64,000 bases of DNA from Piromyces finnis finn (GCA_002104945.1 MCFH01000024.1:248001-312000), one strand, 5' to 3'; positions 42,347 to 58,482 are shown, counted from the first letter of the stretch. Numbers and translations are program-made. The notes: generated by a model from the letters alone, not told the origin.

Positions 42347-43368
42347 TATATATATATAAAATAAAAATTAATTTTGTTGTAAAAGACTGTTATTATATCT
42401 GTTAATAAATTTTATTGTATAATAAGTAAATTCTTATTTATTTTTATTTAAATTAAATATAATAATAATAATAATATTATTATATTATTATTATTAATCT
42501 TTTTTTTTTTTTTTTTTTATAGTTTATAACATAAATTATTTTATTTTATATCTATATGACATTGATTTTCATCTTTAGCTGTCAAAATTACTTTATATAT
42601 ATATTTTAATATGTGTATAATTATATAATATCAATTAATTTTGTTATTTACATTTAAACCTATGTATAATAATAAATATAAAAATGATAATATTATTATT
42701 ATAAATAAAAGCCTAGTTGCAGTTTTTTTTTTTTTTAAGCTATTTTTTATTATATATTTTTTCTTTTTGAAATAAAAATTCAAAAAGAATTTCAAATAAA
42801 AATTATTTATTTTATATATATTTATATGAACATTTTGAAATTTTTTTATACATACATTTATATAAATTCCAATATACTTTAATATATTAATTCAAATATA
42901 TTATTATTTCTACTAATAACTTTGGACATAATAATATATAAATAAAATTTAATAATATATTATACAAATATAAATTTAATGCAAAAGAAAAACAATATCA
43001 ACAACAATAATAAGAAAAAAAAAAAAACTTTTAAATTAGGAAAGGCTTAACTATCGGATGAATCACAAGAATATATATAGATTAATAACAATAGGAATGA
43101 TGTTTTTTTTTTTAAAAAGAATACTTTAAACATATTATTATTCTTTTTTGTATTATGTATAATTTTTATTAATTTATGAATAAAAATATTTATTATTGAA
43201 ATTTAAATAATTATATTAAATAATAAAATATATATAAGAAAAAATTTCTTATATTTTTAGTTATTTGAAGTTATGATAATAAATGATTATAATTAATGTA
43301 ATAATGAAAAAATAAAATAAAACAACTTCTTATTTAACTGGTATACATGGAAAAATTAAATAAAAAAA

Positions 43369-45053
43369 TTATGAAAATTGTTTAAGATTTCTGAAAATTT
43401 TTGATAAATCTACGAATTTTCTTGCATTTCTTTTCATATAGTTGTCAGCAATGGTTTTTAAATTTTCGTAATCCTTTTCAAATGTAATGGCACCATTATA
43501 TCTTCTATCATCTAATATTAATAAATAAATAAACAAACAAATAAATATATTATCTTTATTCTTCTTCTTATACTATCAAAAAGTGTATAATAATTACCTT
43601 TGTTTTTATCTCTGTATATTTCTTTCATTTTTTTAGTATCAAATAAATGAATATAATAATCTAATTGAGTATATAACATTTTATCTGTGTACTATATATG
43701 AAATATATGAAAAATAATTTTAGAAAATATAGCTCAAAAATAATATAATTTTAACTATGAATCGTATTTTAAATTATAATTACTTGATGTGAAATGGTTC
43801 CGTTACATCCAGGATATAAACATTTTGTTCCATATACGGATAATTGTCTAGTATGTGTGGCACATATATCATCACAAATTAAAACACTATTATTATATTC
43901 CCTTATGTGTTTTCTTATTGAACAGTGTAATTGCGCTGCTAATGATGTAATAGGTATTGCTTTTTTACAATTTGGACAACTAAAGTTAATTATATAATTT
44001 TTGTCCTATTTGTAAAATTTTTTGTTAATTATTTAAAATTAGTTTTAATTTTATTATTATTATTTAACATTACTTTATATATATATTTATATTTATATTT
44101 ATATTTTTATTATTTTAAGTATTTATATTAATCTTTACTTTTAGGTCTTCCGTTTTAATTTCGTAACCTGCAAATTCATACTTTTGTTTACAATGAATAC
44201 ATTTAGGAATCCATTTTTCAACATTTTTGAATTTTTCTTCAATAGAAATATGTGATTCAAAGGTGAAATCATTATTATTATCATTATTTAAAAACATGTT
44301 AGCTTGATATTTAGCAGCATCAAGACCTATTCGTAATAAAAGTATTTATATGATAATAATAAATATTAAATTAATATTAATATGTATAAAAAAAAGATAA
44401 ATAAAACATATTAAAATTACCTAAACATTTTGATAATTTATAACCATCAGTTTCTTCAATTGGTTCACACAAACGCATAATTGGAGGTAATATTTGCTGA
44501 TTGAGGTACCATTCGTGATCTATTTTTTTTTTTTTTAATTTTTATAAATTATTAATTCAATAATTATTATAAAATATAATATATACTTTATATATATTTT
44601 TATAATTACCAATTTCTAATTTTTCATTCATTTTTAGTTCATCCGGATGATAAGCCCTTTCGGCAAAACTTTTCTTATCATCGTCTTTACAGATAATATA
44701 TTGTATAGTATCACCAGCGTGACAACCAATACCTCTAGCTTTTAATCTTAATGCAACTTGTACGTGTGGTTGAGCTTTTATATCAGGATAATCTTCAGGA
44801 TTTTTAGATAAAGACTATTTTATGTATATTATTTTTTTTTTTAAATTTTTATTTTTATTAATTTTTTTATACTAATATATTGTTTTTTTAAACAATATAA
44901 TATATATGATATAAACCTTGTTGATTATGAAATCCTCAGCTGAATATGAATTGTTTCTTATACCTTCTGAAAGTTTTTCTAAGTATTCATATATATTTTC
45001 TATGGACTTTTCACGGTCAATATCTGAGAAAAGTTGATCAAGTATGAAACTAT

Positions 45054-45089
<36 letters not shown>

Positions 45090-45158
45090 ACAAACAAACA
45101 AACAAACAAACAAATAAATAAATAAATAAATAAATAAATAAACAAACAAACAAACAAA

Positions 45159-45197
<39 letters not shown>

Positions 45198-48100
45198 ATA
45201 TATATATATATTATAATATAATATATTCTTTAAAAATATTAATTATTGGTTAATCTTACTTTGATGCATCAATAGATAGTTTACACCATTCACGTCTGAC
45301 AACATCGATACCCTTTTTCTCAATAAATCTTTTACTATTGGATTCATCAACAGTTAATGCTGCGTACTTCTTTTTTTTCAATAACAACATCTTTCTGAAA
45401 TATCCATCAATTTCAATTTCTAATAATTTATACTTTTCATTAACAGATGACTTAATTTCGTTACCAATCTTTTTAACAATATCCAAATTATCTGTATTTG
45501 TATTAATCATAATTGAATCTGTATCACCATATATAACCTATAATAATAGGATATTTACATTTATAGAGATTATTAAATAAAGATATAAAAATATATTAGT
45601 ATTTAATAAAAGTATTGAATAAATTTTTTTTTTTATTATCATTTAATATTACATCATATCCTTTCTCTTCAGCTAATGTTTTAGTATTTTGTAAAATTTC
45701 TCTACCTTTTGATGTGATTAACATAGCAATTGGTTTGGCATAAAATCTTGACAAATTATAACCTAAACAACCGTACATACTGTTAGCAGTTAATTTGAGA
45801 GCCTTTTGTCTTATATCAAGCTATAAAAAATTATAAATTAGATTAAAATTTGTTTTTAATATATAATTAAATTTATATATATTAATTAAAATTTATAATT
45901 TTTATATTCTTATTAAACTTACAGAAATCAATTCTGCAGGATCATTACATGTTTTAATAATAGATTTAACTTGTCTACGACGTTGAACAAGCTTTTTTAA
46001 TAACTTTGGCAATACACCTTGTTCCAAAGATGAGTCTGGAACTTCTGGAACTTTCGTATTTTCTTCATCATCATCATTAAACTTAATTTTTTAAAGAAAT
46101 AAAAAACAATTTTTGTAAGTTTTAGATAATAAATTATTATTATTATTATTAACATATTATTAGTTTACATCTTTTCTATTGACAGTAGTAAAACATATAT
46201 TAAATTCTTGTATAATAGATGGATATAAACTGTTGAAATCTAGAAGTAAAATATATTTATCATAAAATCCTTTTTTTGGATCAAGAACAAGACCACCAGA
46301 ATATGCGGCTTTCTTTTTGGTTCCAGAATTACCTTAATATTTAAAAATATATATAATATAATATTGTAAGCAATGATGCTACGTTATATACTATTTATGA
46401 ATAATTAAACATACCATTTTGTCTTTTTTTATAATCATATTTGTCTGGGCATATAAATTTTTTCCCATGAAATTCATGTAATAATAAATATTCGTTTCTA
46501 TCAGCACGTGCACCACATAATGTTCTAGACCAAAGATTACCAGCTAATTTTGTTAATTGATTCGTTAAAGGTAACAATTGAATTTTAAACATTAATGCAG
46601 AGGAAAGGAAAGAATCAAATTCTGTATGTTGAATTAAATGCAATAAATCGTTTGCTTGCCAGAAATACTTTGCGATTTTTTCTGGTTCTATATCTTCACG
46701 ATTAATATTAAGAAGTAATTTTGATAAATGAGTTAAACCGTTATTTGATGATTTTACATAATCCTTCAGAAATAATTTAAAATACAATAAAATTTAGAAA
46801 TATAATCTTATTAAATTTTTGAATTATAAGTTAATTTATTCATACTTTTGCTCCATAATATGTATCGCAAAGTAATCTACCGCATGTTACAGTTCTTTCA
46901 GCTAATGATGTTTCACCCATACCACCAGCACCAGCTTGAAGATTTGGCCACCTTTAATTTAATAATTTGATTTAAAAAAAAATTAAGAATTAAAAATTAT
47001 TAATTTTGTAATCATAAAGTATTTATTTTATTATATTTAAATTTAATTTACATAGATCTACGAAGTCTTCCTATTCTTGACCAATTTAAAGTCCCTAATG
47101 ATTTCATACGGTGTAATAAAACATCAAGATGAAATCCAATAAAGTTATGACCAACAATTATATCTGGGTCTTGTCTTTGAATAATGGCTATTAAATAATA
47201 AAAAATCATTTTTAGTATTATTTATTTAATTATATAATATTAATTAATTTTTATTTTCCATAATTATTGTAGTTTACCCATTAAAAGGTTTAATAAAGCA
47301 TTTTCATTTGGAACAACTTCAACTTTTTTACTTCTTTTGGATAATAATTCCTTAAATCCCATTGGAAATGGTACATCATCCAATTTTCGAACAATAGTAA
47401 ATTGATGATGTTCTTGTCTTGCATTAGAATTATGATCCATAATATTCACTTTTCATTATTATATATATTAAATAAATATATATCAATATTTTATTATAAT
47501 CAAATAATAATAAAACTTTTTATTTAATTAGTTTTACCTTCTGGATAGACCATTGCACTAGCAATGACGATTTCATTTATATTTTTTACCGTATTAAGTA
47601 CAGTTTTTATATTTAAACACATTACAACAAATGGTGGAATTTCTTTAATTATATTTGGATCATCTTCACTGCAAACAGAAATTAGTTTTGGTGAATTAAC
47701 AGAAACTTCAGTTTTACACCATGAAATCTTTAATAGTTTATGATATAATTAATAAAATTTAATGAAGCAAATATGTTTATATTAATAAATTTAATTAAAA
47801 AACTATATATAAATACATATATATTTAGTTTTTTAAAACTTACATTTCTTTGACTTTTGGTATAATTTGTAATTTTTAACCAACATGGTCCCATTAATTT
47901 TCTTTTAATGATTAAAAGTTCTAATGCACTTGTGTCAGTTCCAAAAATTTTACTGAAGGTTTTTCCGGTTAAGTCAGATGGTAATTGATTATCTTTTTCA
48001 TTATAAATTTTTATTATTTACTATTTATTTATAATTATATAAAATCAATTTATTGATTCTCTACTAACCTTTAAAAGAATATACTGTTTTAAAATAATGA

Positions 48101-50202
48101 GCTTTTAAAGGAACGTCAGGTTCTTCAAATGCGTATTTTCTTTCAACATCTTTACATTTCCATGAAGAAATCTTATATTTTTTTCTTATAGATTCTAATT
48201 CGTTGTAAACATCAATCATCGTAACTTCTTTATCAGTTTCCTTACCGTCATCTGTAACATTTACATATATTAGAATTTTAATATTTTTTTTTTAAAAAAA
48301 TTTAATAATAATATGAATGAAAAGAATTTTACTATCTAGCATTTTAGATCTTGGTAAAACATAAAGGTTTCTCATAATATTATTGACTGTTACACAACAA
48401 CTAATGAATTTTTTATTTTTTTTATCATAAACCTAAAAAACAAAAAATGTTAATGTTTATAATATATATTAAGTTATTCAATATTTATTTATCAACCTTT
48501 CCTAATAAGTATACAGATCCTAATTTTTCTAAAGCATCAAACCAGTAAAATAAGAAATATTCACCATTATTTTCTTCAAATTCTATTTTTTGATCATTTG
48601 AAAATAAAGGCTGACTTTTTGACTTATTATTAGAAATTGATTGATGAATATTAACCCAATCTTGTTGTGTATTTTTAACTTCTGGTTCCATAGATGCTTC
48701 AATTTCTTTCTTAATTTTATTTTCTTTACTAGGAGAAATATCCATTTGATTATTATTTTTATTTATATTGTTATCATTCATATCAATCTTATTTTCTTTT
48801 TTGACGATTGATTCGTCAAATGAAACTATCTCTTTTTTAATTTTATATGGGGACATTATTGGTGAAGTTGTTGGCGAAATTGGTGATCTAATAGGGGATA
48901 TTATCGGTTTCATTGGAGTTTTTTGGATGCTATCATCTTCTTCAATTTTTACTTTTACTAATTTCTCTGGTCTTTCTTCTTTTTTAATATTTGTTGAATC
49001 GAATAATGGTATATCTTCTTGTAAATCAATTTTATAATCATTATCTAAAAATTGATTTTGATTCATATTCTGAAAAAATAAATAAAAACATTAATTTTCG
49101 TTTTTTTTTTTTTTTTAAAAAAAAGTAAATTTAATATATTGATAATATAAAATAATAAGAACCTCCACTTTATTTTTCATATTTGTTAATTTAGATGGTT
49201 TATTTATGGGTGCTTGACTTGATACTTGTTTATCAAGTTCACCTAATAATGAGTTTAAAAAAGCATCATCATCAACATTATTACTATTCGAAGAAAGATG
49301 CTTTTTTTTATATTTAAAAAAAAAAAAAATTTAATATAATATATTAAAATTAAAAGTTTTATATATATATATATATATTTATTATTTATTAACTTTTTTA
49401 GCAGGTCTTGAGTTTTGCTTTGCAAACATGTGTTTAATACTTTTTGATTTCACTTTATCTTCTCTTTTTCTTTTCTTATTTTCTATGTATTATTAAATAT
49501 ATATTTTTTTAAATATTCGTATATTTTTAAAAAAATTATTAAATTGTATTGTAGAATATTTTTATATTATTACTTTGATATTTTTCTTCATCTGAAGATT
49601 CATAAAAATCATCATCATATTCGTCGAAACCATGATCTACATAACCTGAACCATCATCATCAATTACAAAATCATCGTTAATTCTTGTTTGAACAATTCT
49701 GTTATATTCTTCTTCGGTAACCTCATCATAAATATCTTCTGGGTCCTTATGTTCTTCCTTTTATTTTAAAATATTTTTTATTTTATATTAATAAAGTATT
49801 GAGTATTAATAATTATAAATACATGTATAGAGATTATAAAAATGTTATTAAAATGAGGTACTGAATATAGGAATTTTACAAATGATTATAAATTTATAAT
49901 GTTAACGAAAATTAATGATAAATTAATTAAATAAAAATTTTCAACTTAAATATTATAATTATAACAACTGAAAATAATTGTTATTATTTATTTTATTTCA
50001 TATTTAAAAACAAATGTATATACAAATATAGTTTATATGAAATTTTTAATTTTTTTATGTTAATAAAATATATATAAAACAATACTTTATATAATTGAAG
50101 TCTAGATTTTCCTTTGGAATTTCTTAACCGTTTTAATTCATTAATCCCTTCTCTTGTTGCAGATGCATTTTTATTAACATTTCCCCTTCTTGATCTTTCC
50201 AT
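43369..50202 (-). CDS. POL1: DNA polymerase alpha catalytic subunit, multi-exon
   Basis: Pol-alpha N-terminus ([17 protein letters not shown]...IYDEV...[14 protein letters not shown]), [93 protein letters not shown], and a C-terminal Cys zinc region. Confidence 0.97.
45055..45198. repeat. Alternating (TAAA)n/(CAAA)n compound repeat in a POL1 intron
   Basis: Blocks run TAAA-CAAA-TAAA-CAAA-TAAA. This is the source of the spurious [13 protein letters not shown]. Confidence 0.9.
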
Positions 50203-51087
50203 TGTTAAAATTTATTATATAATATTCTTTATTTATATAACAAAAGATAAAAACGATATTTATAGTATTAAAAAGGAAGTAAGAAAAAAATGTTAAATTT
50301 CAATTATTATGAGAATTGCTTAGCAATAGTTTTTAATAATTTAATGTTAATAATAATTATTTTCAATTATTATTAGATAAAAAATTTTATAAACTTTTTA
50401 ATTTTACTTTATACTCTTATTTCTTCGAATATAGATATTTTAATTATAATTCATTTATAATATGTAACTATTATCTTATTTTATCACTTATTTAAAGGTA
50501 ATTTTTTTTTAAAAAAAAAAGACGATTTTTTTAAAAATAATGAAAAAATGAATAAAATAATATTTTTTGTAGAATTAATAATAAAACACGTGAATTATTG
50601 ATGACTAATAACTTTATTTTCCAGGATTTTAACACAAGAATATAAATGTATGATTTTTTCACATTATTTTTAATTAATTTTATTATGTTTTTTTTTTTTT
50701 TTTTTATTATTATTATTATTATATTTAATCTTATTTTTATATCTTTTATTAAATAAACAATATTTACATAGTTTTCTTTTTTTTAGTTTTCTATTTTTAA
50801 ACATTAAAACATGAATTAATAAAAGCATTTATATAATATTTAAAATATATAATATCATTAAAATATTTATGTTTTTATTGATCTATATTAATTTTTATGT
50901 AGAACAACGATATTTTATATTTTTTAAAATTTTAAATAAAATATTTAACCAATAATAGTTTAAAATTTTCAACTTTTTTTTTTATATATATATATATTTA
51001 TCCTTTAAAAATTTTTAAAAATATTACATATATTTAATTATTTGAAGCATTTAATTTTAAAAAATTATATATATATATTATTGCAAA
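50203..51087. promoter_or_regulatory. Putative bidirectional promoter shared by POL1 and TRM5
   Basis: Head-to-head start codons 885 bp apart. A single CACGTG at 50587-50592 stands out in near-pure A/T sequence. Confidence 0.45.
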
Positions 51088-53547
51088 ATGTTGGCCCCAC
51101 CAAAGAATGAAGGAATGTTTGAATTAGATAAAAAAGCATTTGATAAAGAATTAACTGTTACTGCTATAAAAATCGATGTTAAAAAAAGTTCTTTGTTTAT
51201 GAAGACTTTAGCAGAGTAATTTTCTTTCTTTTTTTCTTTTTTTTTTTTTTTTTTATTTCGAAGTTATTAAAGACTATAAAAATAAATACATAAGATTATA
51301 TCAAATTAATATGTAATTAATAAAAATCTAATTTCAATAATTATATTTAAATTTTTTAAAGTCATTTATTAAATATGAAAAGATATCAAAATATTATCGA
51401 AGATCCAGAATATGTACCACCAACAGTTGAACAAGAGCAAGGAAATAAGAGAAAAAGAAAGAATAATTCTCCAACAAAATATATTTTATTATCACCAGAT
51501 GTAAAGCAAGGTTACTAATATATTGTATATGATATATTATTTGTATGTTAAAAATTAACAATTTTATTATAAATGATATTTATTTGTTTTAATAAATGAA
51601 AATTTTATAATAAAAAAATTTAAAAGATTTAAGCAATCTTCCAGAAGAAAAGCAAAAATTTATTAAAGATGAATGCATGGAAATCAAGAATTATACTTTT
51701 ATTGTTGATTATGAATATTGGTCAACAGGTAAATTTAACTAATAATTAAATTTTATTTTTTTTATTTTAATTAATTTTTTTTTTTTTTTAAAAAAAAAAA
51801 TTAATATAATGTTATAGATGATATATTACGTTCAATTATTCCAGAAGAATATCAAATCCCAGGTTCATTTGAAACTGTCGGTCATATAGGTATAAAATAT
51901 TGTATAACTCTAATAATATCTTATAAAAACTAATTGATATATATATGCATAAATGTTAATAGCTCATTTAAATTTAAGAGAAGAATATTTACCATATAAA
52001 AAAATAATTGGAGAAATTATATTAGATGTAATTATATATAAATAAAAAATAAAAGTCTTATAATAATTAAAATGCTAAAATTTTATTAATGTCTAAAATT
52101 TATAGAAAAACAAGCACATTAAAACAGTAGTTAATAAAACCGGTAAAATTGATAATACTTTTAGATTCTTCGAAATGGAATTATTGGCTGGTGTTTGGGA
52201 TATGAATGCTGAATTGGTAAATTATATAAGATATTATATAAATTAAAATTATTTTATTAATATATATTTGTTTTTTGTTTTTTTTTTGTTTTTTTGCTAT
52301 GCAGAAAGAAAGTAACTGTAATTTCCAATTTGATTTTTCAACCGTTTACTGGAATTCAAGACTTCAAGGTGAACACGAACGTTTAGTAAAAAAATTTAAG
52401 AAAGATGAATTTATATGTATGTAAAATTATAAAATATGATTTATAATATAAAAATATTTGAAGTTATATTAATATGTTTTTTTTAATTGTTATTAATTAG
52501 GTGATGTAATGGCAGGTGTTGGTCCTTTTGCATTACCAGCAGCAAAGAACAAAGGTTCTATTGTATTTGCCAATGATTTAAATCCAAAATCTTATGAATA
52601 CTTAAAGAAAAATGTCGAAAATAATAAATTAGTAAATAAAGTATTTTCATACAATTTGGATGGTCGTGATTTTATAAAGAATTCTTTAAATTATTTAAAT
52701 GATAAATCAGTTCAATCCAAGGTTATTGAACAACGTAGAAAGGATAAAATTGAAGCTATTCGCAGAAAGTTAAAAAAACATAATGTTAAAAATACTAACA
52801 ATGTTCCAGAAAAAGAAAATGTAAACAATTACAATGAAGATTTATTTAAAACTGAGAATGATTCACCAGTATTATTCCAACATTATGTTATGAATTTACC
52901 TGCAATTGCTATTGAATTTTTAGGTAAATATTTATAATAGCTCATTTAAAGAAATTTAAATTTCATAATATAATAAAATAAACTCAATGTTTATACATAT
53001 ATAAAATATATATTTAGACGCATTTAGAGGAATATTCAAAGAATACAAAGGTAAAATAAAATTCGAGCAATTCCCAACCATCCATTGTCATTGTTTCTCT
53101 GCTGCTGAAGATAGACATTCTGAAATAAAAAGTGTAAGAAATATTTTATAGTTATTATAATAATATAAATTTAAAAATTAATAATTATTAAATAATAAAT
53201 ACGTTGGTATTGTTTATAGAGAGTTGAAGCTGCACTTGGACATACTCTTGATGACAAGTATATAAAAGAAATTTATTTTGTTAGATCTGTTGCACCAAAT
53301 AAAGATATGTATTGTATTTCTTTTGTCTTACCACCAGAAGTAGCATTCATGGATGAAAAGTAATGTAAATTTTTCCATTTATATTCTTTTATAATAATAA
53401 AAATATATTAAATTATTTTGGATTACTAATAAAGTTAAACATAATTTTATATCCATTTTTAGGGAATCACAATCTAATAAAAGAAAACTTGGTAATGAAG
53501 ATGCCATATCTGAAGAAAATAAAGAAAAAGTTAAAAAAATAAATTAA
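51088..53547 (+). CDS. TRM5: tRNA (guanine-37-N1)-methyltransferase Trm5
   Basis: Motifs: [20 protein letters not shown]...[82 protein letters not shown]. Confidence 0.96.
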
Positions 53548-54141
53548 TTTTTTTTTTTTTTTTTTTTTTTAGATAATAGATTTAAAATAGAAAGTACGAC
53601 TTTATTATTGTAATAAATAATATTTTAATTCAAGTGAAATATTATATTTTTTTTATTTATTTATTTATAAAAATGTAATTTAATAAAATATTTAAAATAA
53701 AATATTGAAATATTATAGAAGATCATTTTTTTATTAAAAAATTTTTATTTTAATTATTATATATATATTGTTGTACAAAAAATTAAATATAATTTTATAC
53801 TTTTTTTTTTTTTTAATTATAAAACCATTTAATTTTAAAATAGAATATATAAAAAAGTAATTATTTAATATATAAAAATCTTAAAATTTGAAAAAAATAT
53901 TCATTTAAAGATTAGAATTTTTGATTTGTATATATATATATATATAAAATTATAAGATATACTTTAAGATTATTTGTATGATAATATTATTAATATTACA
54001 AAAAAAAAAAAAAAAGTTAATGAATATTTGATTCAATTGAATGTAAAACAATACTTTATATCAAATTAGTTATATAATTTACCACAAATAAAAATTAGAA
54101 TAATACATAATAGAAAAACTTTTTTCTTTATTATCTGATAA

Positions 54142-55368
54142 ATGGCATTACCAAAATATATACAGCAAAGTGTTTTCACTCCTTCTGAAATTGAATTTAT
54201 ATCAGAATATGAACAAATTACTATCCTTCCTTTGCAAAGAATGGAAGCAATTACTTTATTGGAAGTAAGATTAATATTTTATAATATTACTAATTATTAT
54301 TAAGAATATTAAAAAAAGATAAATAAGTTAAAATAAAACAATATAATTGAAATATGAAATTTCACAATTAATAAAGTATTTGATTAATATTTCAGGGAAC
54401 ATATGGACCATTCAGACCACCATTAACAATTAAAGTATATAAAAATTTCATTATATATATTGATTTAAAAAATTAAAAAATTATTTTTGATAATGAAATT
54501 CAAATTTTTATTTTTATTTTATGTTTTCAATTTATCATTTAAGGTACCGTTATGGTTAGCAGTAACTTTAAAAAAAAAACATAAATGTTCAATTCAACCA
54601 CCAAAATGGCTTAATATAGGTAAAAATATATATATATATATATATAATAAGAATAATTAAGAAAATAAATTTTAAAAAAGTATTATGAATATTTTGAAAT
54701 TAATTGTAAATTTTAATATAATTACAATTCACAAATAAAAATCTTTAATTTTCAAAGAAACATTAAAAAAAAAGAAACAAAGAGAAGAAGAAAATGAAAA
54801 AGAATTCAGTGATTTACCTACACATTATTTCGAAATTTCTTCAGTATTATTAGATAGGTAATATTATAAAAAAATTAATTTAAATAATATTTTAAATCAT
54901 TAATCAATTTATTAAATTATTTTTTAATTAATAGTGCTTCCGATGATATTCCATATTCAGACGAAATAAAAATTTTACTAAAAGATATTAGAGAAATAAG
55001 GAGACGAAAGACTAAAAAGGGTCTTGAACTTTTAAATTCAAATTATATTCAAGTAAGGATAATATATTTTACAGTTAAAACATTAAATATATATTTCAAT
55101 AGACCAATAAACAAATAAGAAATAAAATAAAATAGTATAAAAATAGAGAGAAAATAAGAAATATTAATTAATCATTAATTATATATATAATAAATGATTT
55201 GATTTTCTAAAGCTTGATAATTTAGGTTTAATGGAAATAAATGAAATTAGACCCTTCTTTTCAAAAGCTTTCAATGATATGAGAAAACTTGAAGAAATTT
55301 TACCTCGTTTTCAAGATAGCCAAGCATCCCAAACTTATAGTATGGCAAGCTCTTCAAATCGTTATTGA
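54142..55368 (+). CDS. PSF2: GINS complex subunit Psf2
   Basis: MALPKYIQQSVFTPSEIEFISE...GTYGPFRPPLTIK/VPLWLAVTLKKKHKCSIQPPKWL, FSDLPTHYFEIS, KILLKDIREIRRRK, LDNLGLMEINEIRPFFSKAF. Confidence 0.96.
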
Positions 55369-55831
55369 TTTTCATCTATTTATTTTACATCATTTATCCA
55401 TTTATTATAAATTATTTCCACAAAACCAAATTCATAATTATTAAATTATTTAAATTAAATAACACTAATTATTTTAATTGTGTGTAATATCTATCTTAAA
55501 AATATTATTAATTTAACAAATTAATAAATAAATTATAAATTAAAAGAATATAAATATAAAGTGTAAAACTCTTATAAACCTTTGATTTTTATATAATATT
55601 AATAAACTAGTGTTAAAATTTAAGTGAGTAAGAAAATCAATAAAAAAATTATTTGGTTATTTTAATTTTCTTTTTTTCTTTTTTCTTTCTTTTTTTTTTT
55701 TTTTTTTATTTAATTTAGTCCTTTTATTATTGAAAAATAATTTGATATAAAGATATTTTTATTATTGTTAATTTTTTTTTTTTTTTAAAAAAAATATCAT
55801 TATTCTTATTAATTATTTACATGTTAATTTT

Positions 55832-58482
55832 TCAATTGAATAGATTTACAAATTCATTTAATTGATAAGATGGTATATCAACAGCTTCCATCATTTGATT
55901 CCATTTCTCTTCTGTAATTTCTTCTTCTATTATTTTGATGCGTTTTGTAAGACTTTTTTTTTTTAAAAAAAAAATAAAAAAAAAAAAAGTAAAAATTAAA
56001 ATAAAAATCAATATCACTTTATTAAAATTGATGGTATATAATTTAAAATATAAATAATATAAACTTACGCTTTAAGAAATACAACTGTCAAAATCCAGTA
56101 TTCTACTGATGATAAAACAACCATAGTTTCACTTACAATAAGAGACTTTATTAATAAAATTAATTCATCTTCTATTGATAAGACAATTTCATGTTCCAAT
56201 TTTATAGATGAATAGCTAATATTAAATATAAGAATAAATGATTAATTATTTTATAATAGTATAAAACAACTATAAAAAATAAAACTTACGATTTCATAAT
56301 ATTTGTAATTAAAATGTCTTTTCTTGTATTCATAATTTCATCATCTACTAAAAGTAATTCATTTAATTCATCTTCATCAATTTTATTATTTAAAAACAAT
56401 TTTGTCTCCTTAGTTATCATGCTACTAATATTTGTCCAAATTTTTCCAAACAATGAAAGATTTGGTACAAGTTTTTTCTTTTGCTTCTTTTTAGCTTCTT
56501 CTTTGGTCATTTCAGTTATTTTAATAATTTTTTCTAAATCCTTATTCATTTCAAAAAGTGTTTTAATTTTCTTTTCTGGATCATTTTCTTTGCTATCTTT
56601 ATTTTCTGTATTAACAATTTCTTTATTTTCTTTAATTAAATCATTATTTTTTTCTAAATTTTCTGTTTTTTGTATTTCAGCATTGGATTCTTTTACTTCT
56701 TTTTTAACACTACTTTTTTCTATTACATCATAGCTATAAAATACATCTCCATTTTTTCCTTTCTTTTTATTGTTATTTCTTTTTCTACTACTTGCATGAT
56801 ATGCTTTGTTCATTTCTTCTTTAGTTTCTATTATTTTAATTGACGGATCTTCATTAAATCTAACTTTAAGATTTTCTTTAGATACTGAATTTGACTTTTT
56901 AAGAATTCCAACAGACTTTTTCCTTGAAAGTTTTTCATCCTTACTATTACTATTTTCGTCTAATATCTTTTCATTTTTACCATTAATGTCTAAATTATGA
57001 AGATTATCAGTAATTTCTTTTACATTATCAGTAATCTCATTTCTTTCTGTTTTATTTTTATCATTTAATAATTTCTTTTCTGCTAACTCCTTCTCTTTTT
57101 TTTGATTTCGTGAATATTGCTCATATAGTTCATTAAATTTATCAGCATCTTCTTTATTCATAATAACTGAAGATACAATTTTTTCTTTATTATTCTTTTT
57201 TTGCGAGTTTTTATTAGTACGATTTTCTTTATTACTTAAATTTAATGAAATATTTGAAGAAAGTATTTCTTTATCTAAAATAATGGTTGAAGGTTTACGA
57301 TTGTTCATTTGATCTGTATTTTGTGGTTTATATTGAAAACCTTCAATACTGTCATATTGAAATGATGATTTTTCAATAATAGGTTGAATTGCATTTGAGT
57401 TATTTTTATTATTTTCAAAATGCTCATGAATAACCAAATTCTGATTTAAGTTTGGTAATGATTTCATCATACTTTTAACATAAATGTCAATACTTCTTTC
57501 AGTAAAAGTATTTAATTTATCATTTTCTTTAGATATCCAGTTTCTATTTTACCAATTTAATATATATATTGCATAATTATAAATTTTGTGTTAAAGTTTA
57601 ATTAGTAATTTTGAATATACAACATTTTACTAGAGTTTCAATATTTTTAATATTAAAATAATAATATATATTATTAATAAACTTACTCAATGTTTACACC
57701 AAGTGGTATAACATCAGCTTCTTTAGTTCTATATTATAATATTATTATTTTTAAAATTGTAAATATATTAATTGGTTTTATTCCTATAATTTAATAATTT
57801 TCAAAAATCACATAAAAAATTACTTTTCTAAATTTCTTAAATATATTGGTTCATCAAGTAATTGAGAAGCAAAATATCTAGAAGATATCATACAGTCAGA
57901 CCCACAATATGATTTAAGTTCAGTGATGTCGAAAATTTTCTTTTTTGAACTTGATAATCTATATTTTCCTTTTAATTGCTTTTTAATTATTTAAATACAA
58001 TAAGTAATTAAATAAAAAAAAATAGAAAGAAAGAAAGAAATTTATAATTATTACTTGTGTCTTTTTACTACATAATGGATAACCACATATATTTAAAGAT
58101 TTTCTTTCTAATACAACTTCTTCATAATGAGCTGGTTGGAAATATTTTGACTAATTTATTTATTTTTTTTTTATGTAGATTCATTAATAAAATAATGATA
58201 AAAAAAAAGAAATGAAAAACATTAATAATTACTATAAATAGACACATTATTAATAATTTGATAAATTAAAATTACAATGTATTTCATATATTCAATTGTA
58301 ACAGGTGTTTCAAACATTTTTTCTTGTAATTCCATAATTGTTAGTTCCCATTTTGCTTTTTCAATAATTGAGGTCTTTTCAATTTGTTCTTTAGTTTTCT
58401 TCGAATGTTTTGGAACTTTAAGTCTATCACTACTCTTTTTAGCAACTTTTCTTATATTTGGTCTATTTTCATCAGATAACAT
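55832..58482 (-). CDS. RTR1: RNA polymerase II CTD phosphatase Rtr1/RPAP2
   Basis: FQPAHYEEVVLERKSLNICGYPLC, KYRLSSSKKKIFDITELKSYCGSDCMISSRYFASQL (RPAP2-type Cys zinc motif), followed by a large low-complexity central exon (56286-57470). Confidence 0.9.

Noticed and set aside
44872-45153. [10 protein letters not shown] repeat ORF
   Set aside because: Translation of the intronic TAAA/CAAA repeat joined to a POL1 exon.
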